From the NCBI GenBank assembly GCA_054600435.1, contig BAAIJX010000001.1, positions 310,001 to 374,000 of the forward strand: 64,000 bases of DNA. Reading direction: 5' to 3'. The position numbers were made by a program, and so were the translations under genes. The number at the start of each line of letters is the position of its first letter. Within the stretch, counting starts at the first letter, position 1. The notes under the pieces were generated by a model that was not told the DNA's origin, did not search any database, and saw only the letters and a program-made list of their open reading frames with translations. Below, piece by piece: positions 49,273 through 60,086 of this stretch. Origin of the DNA: Neophaeotheca triangularis. Taxonomy: Eukaryota.

Positions 49273-49730
49273 ACACAACAGCCCTGCTTTGAGTCTGCAG
49301 CTCATGCCGCGGGCTCTGCAAACCCACTTTGTACACTAGATGCGACTTCAGGTCAGGTGTTGTGTGAGGTCGTCGAGGAAAACGACATGGCCGTAGGCCA
49401 CAGCAACATATAGAGGGCCGGCTACTGCTCTGACGCATAGCGCGGTGCTTGGCTTGTAATACCAGGTGAAGCGCTCTCCTGTATGTTAGTTAGCATGGCA
49501 TGGCGCGGCGTGACAATAGCTTCGTGTAGATATAGTGTGCGCAACGAGCGCTGTACCAATGTTTTCCACTGATTCGGGCCGGCAAGCGTTGTGTGTGGTA
49601 TAGAACTTCACTTGAGGGTGCCCCTTTGACCTAGCCTAATTCAGCTAGTGTGGTTCCTCCACCATCAAACTCCATGCTACACTAACCGCTCCTTATCGCG
49701 GACGACAGTTCACCCTTTGTCCCAACTACA

Positions 49731-50794
49731 ATGGCGACCATAATTCCAGTCATAGACATCAACCAGCCCGACGCTGCCACCAAGCTACTAGCGGCAGCAT
49801 CCCAACATGGTTTTGTGTACATCGAGAATAACGAGGCCACCGGCGTACCACCAGGCGAGATATCAAAAATGTTCTATCTGTCGCGAGACTTCTTCACAGC
49901 GCCCGAAGCCATCAAAGAAGCCGTCTCAATCTCCTCATCGGAAGCGGGCAAGAACGTAGGATACCTCAAAAGAGGCGTCGAGAAACTTGATTCCCACAAC
50001 CAACCACGAGCAGACGTCAAAGAGTAAGCTAGAACAACCCCATCCCGAGCCTTCTCCCACCGTTGAACCTCTAACGCCCCAACAGAGCCTTCAACATGGG
50101 CGAACCCCTGAACAACACCCTCCAGCAACCGCTCCCCAAACCCCTAGCGCCGCACGCCGAAACGCTCCTGCGCTTCCAAAACTCCTGCCACGAGCTCTCG
50201 CAAAAACTACTCAAGCTCTTCGCCACGGCGCTCGAGCTTCCTTCAAACTGGTTCCAACTCCGACACGACCGCTCCCAAGGCCCTTCGGGAACCGTCTTCC
50301 GCCTGCTCTACTACCCGCAAGTCGGAGATGCGCAGCAGGGCGTCGACATCCGCGCGGGAGCCCATAGCGATTATGGCAGTTTGACGCTCTTGTTTCAATT
50401 GCCTGGGCAGCCGGGGTTGGAGATCAGGACGCCTGGCGGGGAATGGATGGCCGTGGCTGTGGATCCTTTGGCTAATGGGGAGGAGGGGTCCGCAAGGCCG
50501 CTGCCGATTCTCGTTAACATTGGCGATTTGCTCGAGGATTGGACGGGGGGACTACTCAAGTCGACGGTGCATAGGGTTGTCTTTCCCGCTGCTGGGGAGG
50601 CGGGAGTGGACCGCTATTCCATGGCTTATTTCTGTCATCCTTTGGATGATGCTGAGTTGGTCCCGGTGCCTAGTAAGATTGTCGAAGAACACGCGAAGAA
50701 GAGTGTTGCGCAGCCCGGCAGAGACGGGGGCAAAGCCATCACGGCGAAGGAGCACTTGATGAATCGACTGGCTGCTTCGTATACAGTCAAGTGA
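49731..50794 (+). CDS. 2-oxoglutarate/Fe(II)-dependent dioxygenase (IPNS/DIOX family); intron 50024-50085
   Basis: IPVID, GFVY, RLLYYP, HSDYGSLTLL (HxD), VNIGDLL, STVHRV and RYS. Confidence 0.92.
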
Positions 50795-51098
50795 AATTCT
50801 AGTTCATAGGGGTATGATGCGCCATCTCGACACGACTTCTATTTACGTCTGCCAGGGTATCTACAACAAGTTCCCAGCCCAGTTTCTCGGCCTGCCTGTG
50901 CAGCGGCCATGTTTCCAGTCATGTAATAACGCCAATGCGAAGTGCCGGTTTACACTCTTCCCTAGTATCGTAAAGTCGTCAAAGTACATCCGCCCAGATG
51001 CTTTTATGGATATGTTGCTACCCCGTGCGAGACAAGATCTGACCAACGCCTTCGCTTCAAAAGACAATCGCGCAAAACCATCCAAGTCCCCGACGCTA

Positions 51099-53546
51099 TT
51101 ACCCTTCGTCCCGGTGCCCATTATTATGGTGACTTGTGGTCGGGCTGGACTCCGAGTCTTGCAGGGTTGTCGAGCCCCCGCTTTCAGACAAGTCGTTGTC
51201 CGCCCGACTAGCCTCATTGGCGTTAGTCGAGGCTCGGAGCGGTGAAGGAGCTTGCGCAGACGAATTTCGCTGTCGGTCCGAGTCGTGTTGTTGATTTATA
51301 CGGGCTGGCGCAGGAATAACAGTGGGTGTATCGGAAGGTCCAGCGCCCCGAGAACTAATCTCATGGGCTCTGGGGGGTGGTGCCTGAGTGGAGCTGCCTC
51401 GATGTAAGAAGGCACCAGGACCACTGCTACTACTTGCGAGTGTGGTAGAGCCGGTTGCTCCAGATTGCTGACTCGGCTCATGGTTCTGCAAAGCCCCCGA
51501 AATCGTAGGCGTGTCCTCTCTTCTCGCTACATCAGGACTCCAAGTACGTCCACTGCCTCGTGGCTGCGCCGGTATAACAGTGACGGGAATGTCGGTTTGC
51601 GCTTGGTCGCTGCGCCGATTCACACGGTCGCGCACCCTATCACCAGTTTCCGCAGCCAAAACACCCAAACGATTCTTGACGTCCCATGGCTTGAAGTTGT
51701 GTGCTGGCGTAGCGGCTCGAGTCTTCTCTCCAGAAAGAGGGTCACTGGCTTGTTGCACTTCCAATGGAGGTGACGCTCGCTTCCGTTTGAACGGATTGGG
51801 TACCGCCAACCACTTGTGGTTGTCCTTGGGCCGTGAGCGATGGGCTTGACCTTCGTCAGTTCCTTCTTTCTCAGGATCTCTAGCGCGACCTAGTCGCTCT
51901 GCTGCCGCGGTGTTGTTGTTGCGAGCTTCTTGTCGCCTGCGTACGGGTTGCGACACTTCATCTACAGGATGATAGTGCATGACGTATACCGTGCTCGCCG
52001 CACTCGTGGTGTCTGCCCGGCTGACGGGGCTGGCAACTTGCGGCGGCGGAGTGGGTCCGCCAACCATGGCTTCCCCTTGTCGTCGTCCGTGGGATGGCCT
52101 TGGCAGATTGCCGAAGGCGACGTTGCCGTTGCCGGGGCCATTTCCATGCGGGCCACCAGTGTTGGCATTGTCTGGCGTTAGGGTAGTGGCGTGGGAATGT
52201 GCCCTGCCGAGCGGGAAATGATGTTGGCGGTTTTTCTTCTGGTGACGAAGGCGCTGCGCCATGTTGTTGATGCCGCTTTCCAGAGCGCTCGAGCCCATAA
52301 GGCCGCCCGAGCCGCCTCCACCATCGTTGTCGTCCTCGTCATTTCCAGAATCGCCAAAGGGGTTTCGACCGCGCCGGTTCCGGCTCCATACCACAGCATC
52401 GCTATGCGTCACGTCTAGCATGTCGTCTCCGTCGAAGATTTCGCGTCCAAGTATGCCATCCTTTTTCTCGTCTCTCTCCAACGCCTCTATTCTCTCCACC
52501 CATTCCCAGACGACGACGGCTGCTGCGGCGGCACCAACCCAACGGAAATAATCTCCCCAGGCAGCAACGTCCGGCTTGCTGACATCCGTGATGAAAAAGA
52601 CGCATGGAGTTAGCACGGCAATGACGGATAGAACCCCAACCAACATGATATTGCGCATCTTGGAATGGTAGAAAGCATAGCGCCGCTTGGTCATGGCGTA
52701 GTAGAGAACCCAGGCGGCATACAGCAGTCCAAGCGAAAGTTCGAATAGGTAACTCAAGGCTGGTATGGCGTCAACAAATTGCCGCGGCCGCCGTGAATTG
52801 TCAACCAGGAAACTGTTCAGACAGGCAAAAGTTGTATCCAGTATAATCAAACAGAAACCAATCCATTTGATCAGGACCTTCTCCTTGTGCCGCGGAAAGA
52901 GCCGTATAAGCGTTTGCACTTGAGCTAGCCAGAGGAATATGTCGCTGATGATCCTCGTCACACGAATTTCGAGAGAGCCCAAGACACCGTCCGCAAGGGC
53001 ATCGGCATCCATATAACCATTGTGATACTGCCCTCTGGAGACTTTGAACGTGTCGTACGTGGCGATGGTAAGCGAGATGGCCACGGTGAGTGCGGCGACT
53101 TTCTGCAGCCAAGGTCGCGATCCTACGCCTATCATATTGGTGCCTCCTCCTGTCGCGCCGCCTATTAAGCCCCTGCCACTACTGAAGTTGGGCGCAGTAC
53201 CTGGATGGCCTAAATACGACGTCCTCGGCGTAATGATGAGCATGATGACCAAGATCCAGGCTATAACGGTCGCGGCGGCCACGACGTAGACTTGGGGTAT
53301 GGTGGACGCGTAGAATGGGTCCTGAAGATCGGCGACGGACGAAGGATCCCCGATATGAGGCGACCAGTCGCCCGTACATGCGGGCTGGAAGATGACGTTC
53401 TCGGTAAGGGTGATGGCCTGGTTTTCGAAAGTGATGACACCGCCGGATGGGAGTGCGAAGGGGGTACATTGCGAGGTGATAGTGTTGGTAGAGGTGGGTG
53501 GTATGTCCCAGAGTTGGCGCCGGACCGCTTCAAAGTCATGATGCAT
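51099..53546 (-). CDS. palH: Ambient pH sensor PalH (7-TM)
   Basis: DPFYASTIPQ, RPWLQK, WLAQVQTLIRLFPRHKEK and VWEWVERIEALER...GILGREIF, then a long cytosolic tail. Confidence 0.92.
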   Translation of the reverse strand: MHHDFEAVRRQLWDIPPTSTNTITSQCTPFALPSGGVITFENQAITLTENVIFQPACTGDWSPHIGDPSSVADLQDPFYASTIPQVYVVAAATVIAWILVIMLIITPRTSYLGHPGTAPNFSSGRGLIGGATGGGTNMIGVGSRPWLQKVAALTVAISLTIATYDTFKVSRGQYHNGYMDADALADGVLGSLEIRVTRIISDIFLWLAQVQTLIRLFPRHKEKVLIKWIGFCLIILDTTFACLNSFLVDNSRRPRQFVDAIPALSYLFELSLGLLYAAWVLYYAMTKRRYAFYHSKMRNIMLVGVLSVIAVLTPCVFFITDVSKPDVAAWGDYFRWVGAAAAAVVVWEWVERIEALERDEKKDGILGREIFDGDDMLDVTHSDAVVWSRNRRGRNPFGDSGNDEDDNDGGGGSGGLMGSSALESGINNMAQRLRHQKKNRQHHFPLGRAHSHATTLTPDNANTGGPHGNGPGNGNVAFGNLPRPSHGRRQGEAMVGGPTPPPQVASPVSRADTTSAASTVYVMHYHPVDEVSQPVRRRQEARNNNTAAAERLGRARDPEKEGTDEGQAHRSRPKDNHKWLAVPNPFKRKRASPPLEVQQASDPLSGEKTRAATPAHNFKPWDVKNRLGVLAAETGDRVRDRVNRRSDQAQTDIPVTVIPAQPRGSGRTWSPDVARREDTPTISGALQNHEPSQQSGATGSTTLASSSSGPGAFLHRGSSTQAPPPRAHEISSRGAGPSDTPTVIPAPARINQQHDSDRQRNSSAQAPSPLRASTNANEASRADNDLSESGGSTTLQDSESSPTTSHHNNGHRDEG

Positions 53547-53747
53547 TGCCTTGCGCGGTGGACGAACGCGGTTTTATTGTCCACAAGGCGCGCGGGTGTC
53601 TCTTAGACTCGAGGGTCAATCGGGTGGGCGCAGCATTGAAAGGATGAGCGGTAGGCGCAGTTTGGGGATGAGCAGCGCGATGATGGCGGCGAGGGTGGGG
53701 GGCGAGGCAGCGATGAAGGGTCGGGCGATGGGTCGGTGGCGGCGGAG

Positions 53748-53830
53748 GTGGTGGTTGTGGTGGTGGTGGTGGTTGTGGTGGTGGTGGTGGTTGTGGTGGT
53801 GGTTGTGGTGGTGGTGGTGGTTGTGGTGGT
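53748..53830. repeat. Compound (TGG/TTG)n trinucleotide repeat upstream of palH
   Basis: About 27 GT-rich triplets read directly. Confidence 0.9.
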
Positions 53831-54396
53831 GCAAGGCGATGTAAGGTTGGCCGACGTGTGTTCTGGCCTGGGCTGGGCTAGGCGGAAGCGTGAGTGGGTA
53901 GTTTAAGTTGGGTCGTCTGGTGCAGGGCAGCGATGGCGCGGATGGGTGAGGAGAAGCGTGTGAGGTTGTCTTGGCTTGGCCCCCAGGTGTCAGCCCTAAG
54001 TCAGTAAAGAGTTAGCGTGGGTGTGCTAGTACTGATTCGGAAAACGTGGGACATCCTCGCGGCCAGTGCACCAACAAGACTTTGTGAGAAGCTGCACATC
54101 TTGCACACGATCTTGCCGAGCTTGCTTGCCTTTTGCTTATCGCCCACGTGATGCTGCCTCCCCACCGCTCCGGTCGTCGCTCCCGTCCGGGTCCGTTGGT
54201 CTTGATGCCGTCACGTGAGACCACATGTTGTGCACGTGGTGATAACGTTAGCCTAGGTTAAGCAGACTGTCACCTCCTCTCTCGACCATCTGTTACCGAC
54301 CGTGCGTGCAACTACCACTCATTATTTAAAAACAAAACACGTTCAGACTTCTAAGAGTAGGTTGTAGAAGCAAACATCACCCCTACTCCAACTACC

Positions 54397-55463
54397 ATGA
54401 CAGCCTCATTGAAATCACTACATCCATTCCTGGAATCTCATTCCACCCAGACCAGCTCTGGATGTACCGTCAAAAGCTACTCATTCCATCATGCCTCAGG
54501 CCCAGTATTGCTCATGGTACATGGCTACCCTCAAAGTAGTTATAGTAAGTGTGACCACCAGGCCCGCCGAGACTTGGAAAATAGCGATACTGATCTCTAT
54601 ACAGTGTAAGCATCGCCCACCATGTTCCACTTCGACAAAGTGTTGATCAACCCAGGTGGCGCCACATGATCCCCGACGTGAAGGACAAATTCTCTCTCTT
54701 CATTCCTGAACTCCCTGGCTACGGTATTTCCTCGCTACCTCCGCAGCATGACAAACGCACCGTTGGCCGCATCATAATTGAAGCGTGCAAGAAGGTGCTC
54801 GGTCAGGATCGACCCATCATATGGTGCGGACACGACAGAGGGGCTCGCGTGGGGCACCGCCTGCTCGTAGACGCCGACCCTGCGCACAAACTCCGCGCTG
54901 CCATTCTAATGGACATTGTCCCTACCATAGAGCAATGGCGCTGCTTCTCGAATCCGGCGGCCAGCATGGGGTACTTCCACTGGCCGTTCCTAGCCCTGCC
55001 GACTGCTCCCGACATGATTGATGCCATGGGTGGCGATTTCTTTTGCCGCCAGATTCTGAACAAGGGCGCTTCGGCCAACGAGGCGGGCGCGAACTCTATC
55101 CAGGCTGATGGCGCGTACGAACTTTACTGCGAGCAATTCAAGAAGCGCGAAACCATCGAGGGGAGTTGTGCTGATTATGCTTCGGCCTCTGCGGCAGGCG
55201 CTGAGTTGGAGGAGCAGAAGAAGGACCAGGCTGAGGGGAGAAAGGTCTCGCAGCCCATGATGGTGATTTACTCTGCTGGTAGCTTGGGGAGAATGCACGA
55301 TGTGGAGAGCATCTGGCCGCTGTGGGCGGATGGTGAATTGAAGCAAGTAGGTATTGGAGAGGGCCACGGGCACTACTTGCCCGAGAGCTGTCCTGAGGCG
55401 ATTACGGACCTAGTGCTCAAGTGGACAAGCAAGGTACAACAATCCGCTGGATGGCGTCTTTGA
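54397..55463 (+). CDS. Alpha/beta-hydrolase, fluoroacetate/haloacetate dehalogenase-like; exons 54397-54544, 54605, 54656-55463
   Basis: HGYPQ, PGYG, GHDRGAR, LMDIVPT, YFHWPF, CADY and GHYLPE motifs. Confidence 0.88.
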
Positions 55464-55499
55464 ATTGCAAGAAAGCTTTCTCCAGTGAGCGTTACAACG

Positions 55500-56984
55500 C
55501 TAGAATGGTTTGTCTATGTATCCAGTCCTGCAAACCGGCTGTGACCAGCCCGCACTCCATCGCACACCTCCCATGATCGCAATCAAAAGACACAGTCCAC
55601 CCGCCGTACTCGCAATAGCGTAGAAATACGCATGCTTCAGCCTTAACCCGTTAATCTCCGCAACCCAAGTGGAAACAGTGGTAAGACAACCGCAAAAACC
55701 ATCCTCAATTCCTTGCAACACCTGGCAGCCCACTCGGCCGCCACCAGGCATACCCCCGACGCCGACGCCAACGTGCTGAATATCGTAGCACATGCCAAGA
55801 ATCGCCGTGCCCAGCATGTTGACAGCAAAGGTCCCCAATGGGAACCAAGGCACAAGACCGTTTAACTCCCGCGATGCATAGAACCGAAGCAGGCACCCCA
55901 GCGGTGCGAAAACGAGCGCGAAGAGTACCTCGCCTCGCCAAGTATCGGATGGAGGCCAAATGGAAAGAAAGACTGCTCCAAGCCATGAGCCGAACCCAAG
56001 AAATACGGCAATGGGGTTAATAATGCGACGGACGACGCTTTTGCTGAAATTAGGCGTCACGCTGTCGAGGAAGACGGCGACGTGTGCGCCTACTTTGAGC
56101 GCACCTATGCACAAGGCAATTGTGAGGAGTATGACAGCCAGCACGGCCTCGACTGAGTAGCCGTTGTGGCGGCTTCTAGTGGAATTTGGAAGGATATCGC
56201 TACCGGCTGGTGTAGGGTGGTTGAGAGGAGTCGGAAGGTCATTGGACAAGGCCAGGAAAACGTCGCGCTCAAAAGACGAAAAGGAGGTGAAGCTGCCACA
56301 AAAGCCGGTTGCGAGGCCGATGTATAGCGATATCGTTTTCTTCCGTTTGGAACTCTCTGCTTTTTGCTCGGCCGCCAAGTCGGCTGAATGCTGTGATTGC
56401 CTGTGGTGATGCTTCATTTCCAGTGCCGTATTTGCTTCGTCGTCTCTGAAAAGATTTTGGTCTTCCGCCAGGAAGCCCATGAGGAAGGACCCAGCAACAT
56501 TTGCCCAAAGAACCGGCGTGACTGCAGGGGCTCCCGCGTAGAATGTCAGCCATTGCAGTCCGAGTCTTGCAAGTGTCCCGAATATGGAGAAGAGGACGAG
56601 GTACGCCGCGGCGTATAACTCTGTCAACCATCGTGGTAGTCTATCGACCGGCTCCGTCGGCAGGTAACTCGCTGGCTGTCTCTGGTGAAAGGCGGGCGGC
56701 TGAGCGCTATCGGAAGATTCTGAAAAGTCCCCTTGACTGGTTCCGGCACCGCTTTGTTGGCGATTCTCATCGTCTCGCTCATCCTCCAGGGTGTGTTCTC
56801 GGCGACCGTCCTCAAATTTTCGGTCAACGGGCGGCGGGACTGCCACTTCGTCTAGGCCTTCGAATTCTGAGGTTTGTTGAGTGCTAGTGCGCTTTCCCTT
56901 GCCACGATCGCTCTCATGGCTGATGCCCTGGTTTCCCGGCGTGACGAGCGACTTGGGTTCCTGTGAGGACGATGCTTCCGGCAT
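55500..56984 (-). CDS. FEX1: Fluoride exporter FEX (two fused CrcB/Fluc domains)
   Basis: Domain 1: GTLARL, ANVAGSFLMG, GFCGSFTSFSSF. Domain 2: GCLLRF, GTFAVNMLG, GFCGCLTTVST. First in-frame ATG at 56984. Confidence 0.93.
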   Translation of the reverse strand: MPEASSSQEPKSLVTPGNQGISHESDRGKGKRTSTQQTSEFEGLDEVAVPPPVDRKFEDGRREHTLEDERDDENRQQSGAGTSQGDFSESSDSAQPPAFHQRQPASYLPTEPVDRLPRWLTELYAAAYLVLFSIFGTLARLGLQWLTFYAGAPAVTPVLWANVAGSFLMGFLAEDQNLFRDDEANTALEMKHHHRQSQHSADLAAEQKAESSKRKKTISLYIGLATGFCGSFTSFSSFERDVFLALSNDLPTPLNHPTPAGSDILPNSTRSRHNGYSVEAVLAVILLTIALCIGALKVGAHVAVFLDSVTPNFSKSVVRRIINPIAVFLGFGSWLGAVFLSIWPPSDTWRGEVLFALVFAPLGCLLRFYASRELNGLVPWFPLGTFAVNMLGTAILGMCYDIQHVGVGVGGMPGGGRVGCQVLQGIEDGFCGCLTTVSTWVAEINGLRLKHAYFYAIASTAGGLCLLIAIMGGVRWSAGWSQPVCRTGYIDKPF

Positions 56985-57812
56985 CGAGGCAGTGTAGCAG
57001 TGGAATGCTTTCAATGAGCGCTCCCAACTTGAAAATACAGCGCCGACTATGTCATAGTCACAGCCCCTGAAAAACGCTCGATGGCGATCACGGCAGAGGT
57101 GTTGATCCGGATGGCAGAACACAGAAACAAAAACCTCCAGGGGGCAGCGGACAAATGATAATAAGAATCGAGGTATGTCAATAGAGTTACGGCTATCGGA
57201 TCAACAGGCCCGGTGTTCGAACATTCTGTGCCGACGACAATGATGATAATAATAATGGCATCTTCGGGAGGTGATGACGATGCCAGGGATGTTTACGGTT
57301 TGCACTCCCGTTCTGCAGAGGTGGTGGCCCTGGTGGAGGTTGCGCACTGTGGCACTACTAGGAGGTACTGGCAAGTGGCAACTCAGATCAGGTGCTCACC
57401 TGCAGTGCCTCCACGACTCGGACGGATTGAGTTTTCGAGGGCCGGAAAGTTGAAAGCTCAAGGTATGAAGCCGCTTCGCTCTTCCGCTCGCCGCTTCCGA
57501 CTTAGCTTGGCCGTGATAGCGCAAGGTCGTAGTACTAACCGCCCATCTGCCGTAACTAACGCTTGCTAAGGTCGAGCGGCTCTTGCTTACCTTATCAGCC
57601 TTATCGTCGTTATCTCTGGGCCCCGCGTTCACGTGTCAAGCACAAGATAAGACGTCAACAACGACGTCTATGGTCGTACCCAGGTCGTCTACGTTGTTGT
57701 GACCGCCGAGATAAACAATCTCGACATATATCTGTACTGTCAATACATAGTATCAAACAACCATCTACTCCCCAACGAGCCCCTTCTTACTACCTTCGCG
57801 CAAATCAACGAC

Positions 57813-58597
57813 ATGTCGTCAAACGTACACATCTCCCAGCACCCTTGCCTTGTAGCGAAACTCAGTCAACTTCGTTCTGCCTCAACAAACGCTCGCGACA
57901 CCAAAGCCCTTGTTCATGAGATATCCTCGATAGTAGCCTGTGAGGCGCTGTCCCATGGCTTGCAAACCGTAGAGACAGGCACCGTAAGCTCCCTCCACCC
58001 CTTCCCCAATTCAGCCGTCCCAGGCTGACAACTTCCGCAGGCCGAGCAGTAGTAGTAAATCGCTGACACAATCCACCGTTTTTCGTGATGTAGGACCAAA
58101 GCCCGCTAGGCTACGAGTACAAGACCAAAGGTATTTCGCCAGCCCGGCTCAGCATAGTACCTATCCTCCGTTCCGGCCTGTCGATGCTCGAAGCTGTCCA
58201 AGCCCTCTTACCAGGCCCCGTCCCCGTCCACCACTTGGGCATGTACCGAGAGAAGAGTACGCTCCAACCGGTAGAATACTACAACAACCTGCCATATCAC
58301 AAAGCTGGAGATCAGTCTCGGGGAGTGTCGGACCTGGCTATCATCGTTGACCCCATCATTGCGACTGGTTCGACGGTATGCGCGGCCATAGATACGCTGA
58401 GGGACTGGGGTGTCTCGCGCATCATTGCAATTTCAGTGCTAGCGAGCAAGGACGGGTTGCAGCGAGCTGCCGAGGCTTGGCCTGAAGGTGCCGAGCTTTG
58501 GGTAGGAGGCATGGACGGGGAAACAGACGGAAAGGGCATGATCAAGCCTGGTCTCGGGGATATTGGTGACAGACTGTATCTTACGGTCGGCAAGTGA
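57813..58597 (+). CDS. Uracil phosphoribosyltransferase; intron 57984-58093
   Basis: HPCLVAKLSQLR, VPILRSGL, PVEYY, DPIIATGST and IKPGLGDIGDRLY. Confidence 0.92.
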
Positions 58598-59678
58598 AGA
58601 AGTTGTGAGGAGAAATGGACATTACTCTTGGAGCTATGGCATGGTTGTGTCCGTGTCAGCTCATATCAGAATCTCAAACTTATCCTTTTCAATCCTCTTG
58701 TCCTTCAAGAAAATGATAGCAATCGAGGCTAGGTCTCAATTAGTTGTTCAAAATATGCCTTCTAACCCTTCAATGGAATAGCCGCTGTTGAAAACCTCTG
58801 TCCGAAGTTGGTTTTGTCCTCTGTATTGGCTACCTTGTTGCCCCAAGCCGCATGATTAGACAGCATACCAATGCAACCGGTTGCTTGCGAGGCCGGGGGC
58901 AAGGATGTTGGCTTCAAAAGTATAAATGGGCAGCTCGCAAAATTGTTGATAAATCGCCGAGAGCATTCTACTTGCGTTGACAAGGAATTTTTGTTGCCAA
59001 CCTTTGTCTTTCTGGCATTAGGATATCAGCTCCAGAGATGCTCCCAGCGTCTATTGCCGTTGTAATATCGTGCACAGTAATTCTCTGAGGGTTGAACCAA
59101 GTAGGAATTGCAGCGGGTAGGCATGAACAGGCAATTTGTAAAGGCCCTTGATTGGCGCCGGGACGACGATGTTCAGCATCCTTTTGCCCGGGCGAAATCT
59201 CCACGCGCTTCTTGTTGTCAACTAGGAGCAGTTCTCGATTGCTCGTGGCGGTCTAAAAGGGTTATGTACCCGTGTCCATTTTTTCCTTGAGGCAATGGTT
59301 GAGGTGCTCAATAGAGAACTGGCCCTATTGGTGTGTGTCCAGATATGTTGAATTGGCGCGCGGGAATGATAATGTCTTTAGTGATGCTGAAGTCCAGGAA
59401 TCTTCGCCTCACTTCCAGAATCCTGCTTGTGCTTGCCTACAGAACCTCACCGGTAACTTCACTCAAAAGAACTGGAACTCTCACGTACTCGGCCTCAAGT
59501 CGTCGTCCAAAGTACCTTCCGGTCCATCACCAAGTCTACAGCTACGCTCAACTCGGCATCCTCCCACAGCCACGACCTTGCCAGTCACGCTATCAACTAG
59601 CCGCGACACTGCTACACGAACCTAAAACAGCGTAAACCCAACCAAGACCCCACTACAACAGGCCATCAGCTAACATCG

Positions 59679-59858
59679 ATGGACTTCCAAGACCTAGACA
59701 ACTTCGTGGTCGCCGCCTTCTTTGCTGGACTCCTTTTTCTGGGGCTCATGGTGGGCGATGCAGTGGGCTTCTTCTTCCTCCTCCAGCAGATCACTCTCTA
59801 CATCATTGTAGGTTATCTCTTCGAGTACCTCCTAGACATCAGGTTGGCTGTGGAGTGA
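59679..59858 (+). CDS. Putative 59-aa hydrophobic membrane microprotein (below the ORF-track cutoff)
   Basis: MDFQDLDNFVVAAFFAGLLFLGLMVGDAVGFFFLLQQITLYIIVGYLFEYLLDIRLAVE; C-ending codon bias; similar to the next ORF. Confidence 0.5.
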   Translation: MDFQDLDNFVVAAFFAGLLFLGLMVGDAVGFFFLLQQITLYIIVGYLFEYLLDIRLAVE

Positions 59859-60086
59859 GAGCGCGCGGTTGACTGAACGAGCAGGCCATAAAGAGAGCCA
59901 AGCTGGGGCAAAGAGGCAAGAGATCGGCAAAGACCAGTTGGAAATCATCTCCACGATTACAATACGAGTCTGAAAGACTACCCGAGACGAAAGAGCAGCA
60001 TCTCTGTCAGCCTACCTTTGCGTCTTCTATTCCACGCCCTCTGCATTGCCTACAAACCCTCGCGACACGCCAACCTACCTGACGAG

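Noticed and set aside
44240..55463. Secondary-metabolite cluster (methyltransferase, 2OG dioxygenase, hydrolase)
   Set aside because: No backbone synthase, and the genes are interspersed with housekeeping genes (TOM40, palH, PFK-2).
57813..58597. UPRT as part of the fluorine module via 5-fluorouracil
   Set aside because: UPRT is an ordinary salvage enzyme and does not release fluoride; no sequence evidence of a link.
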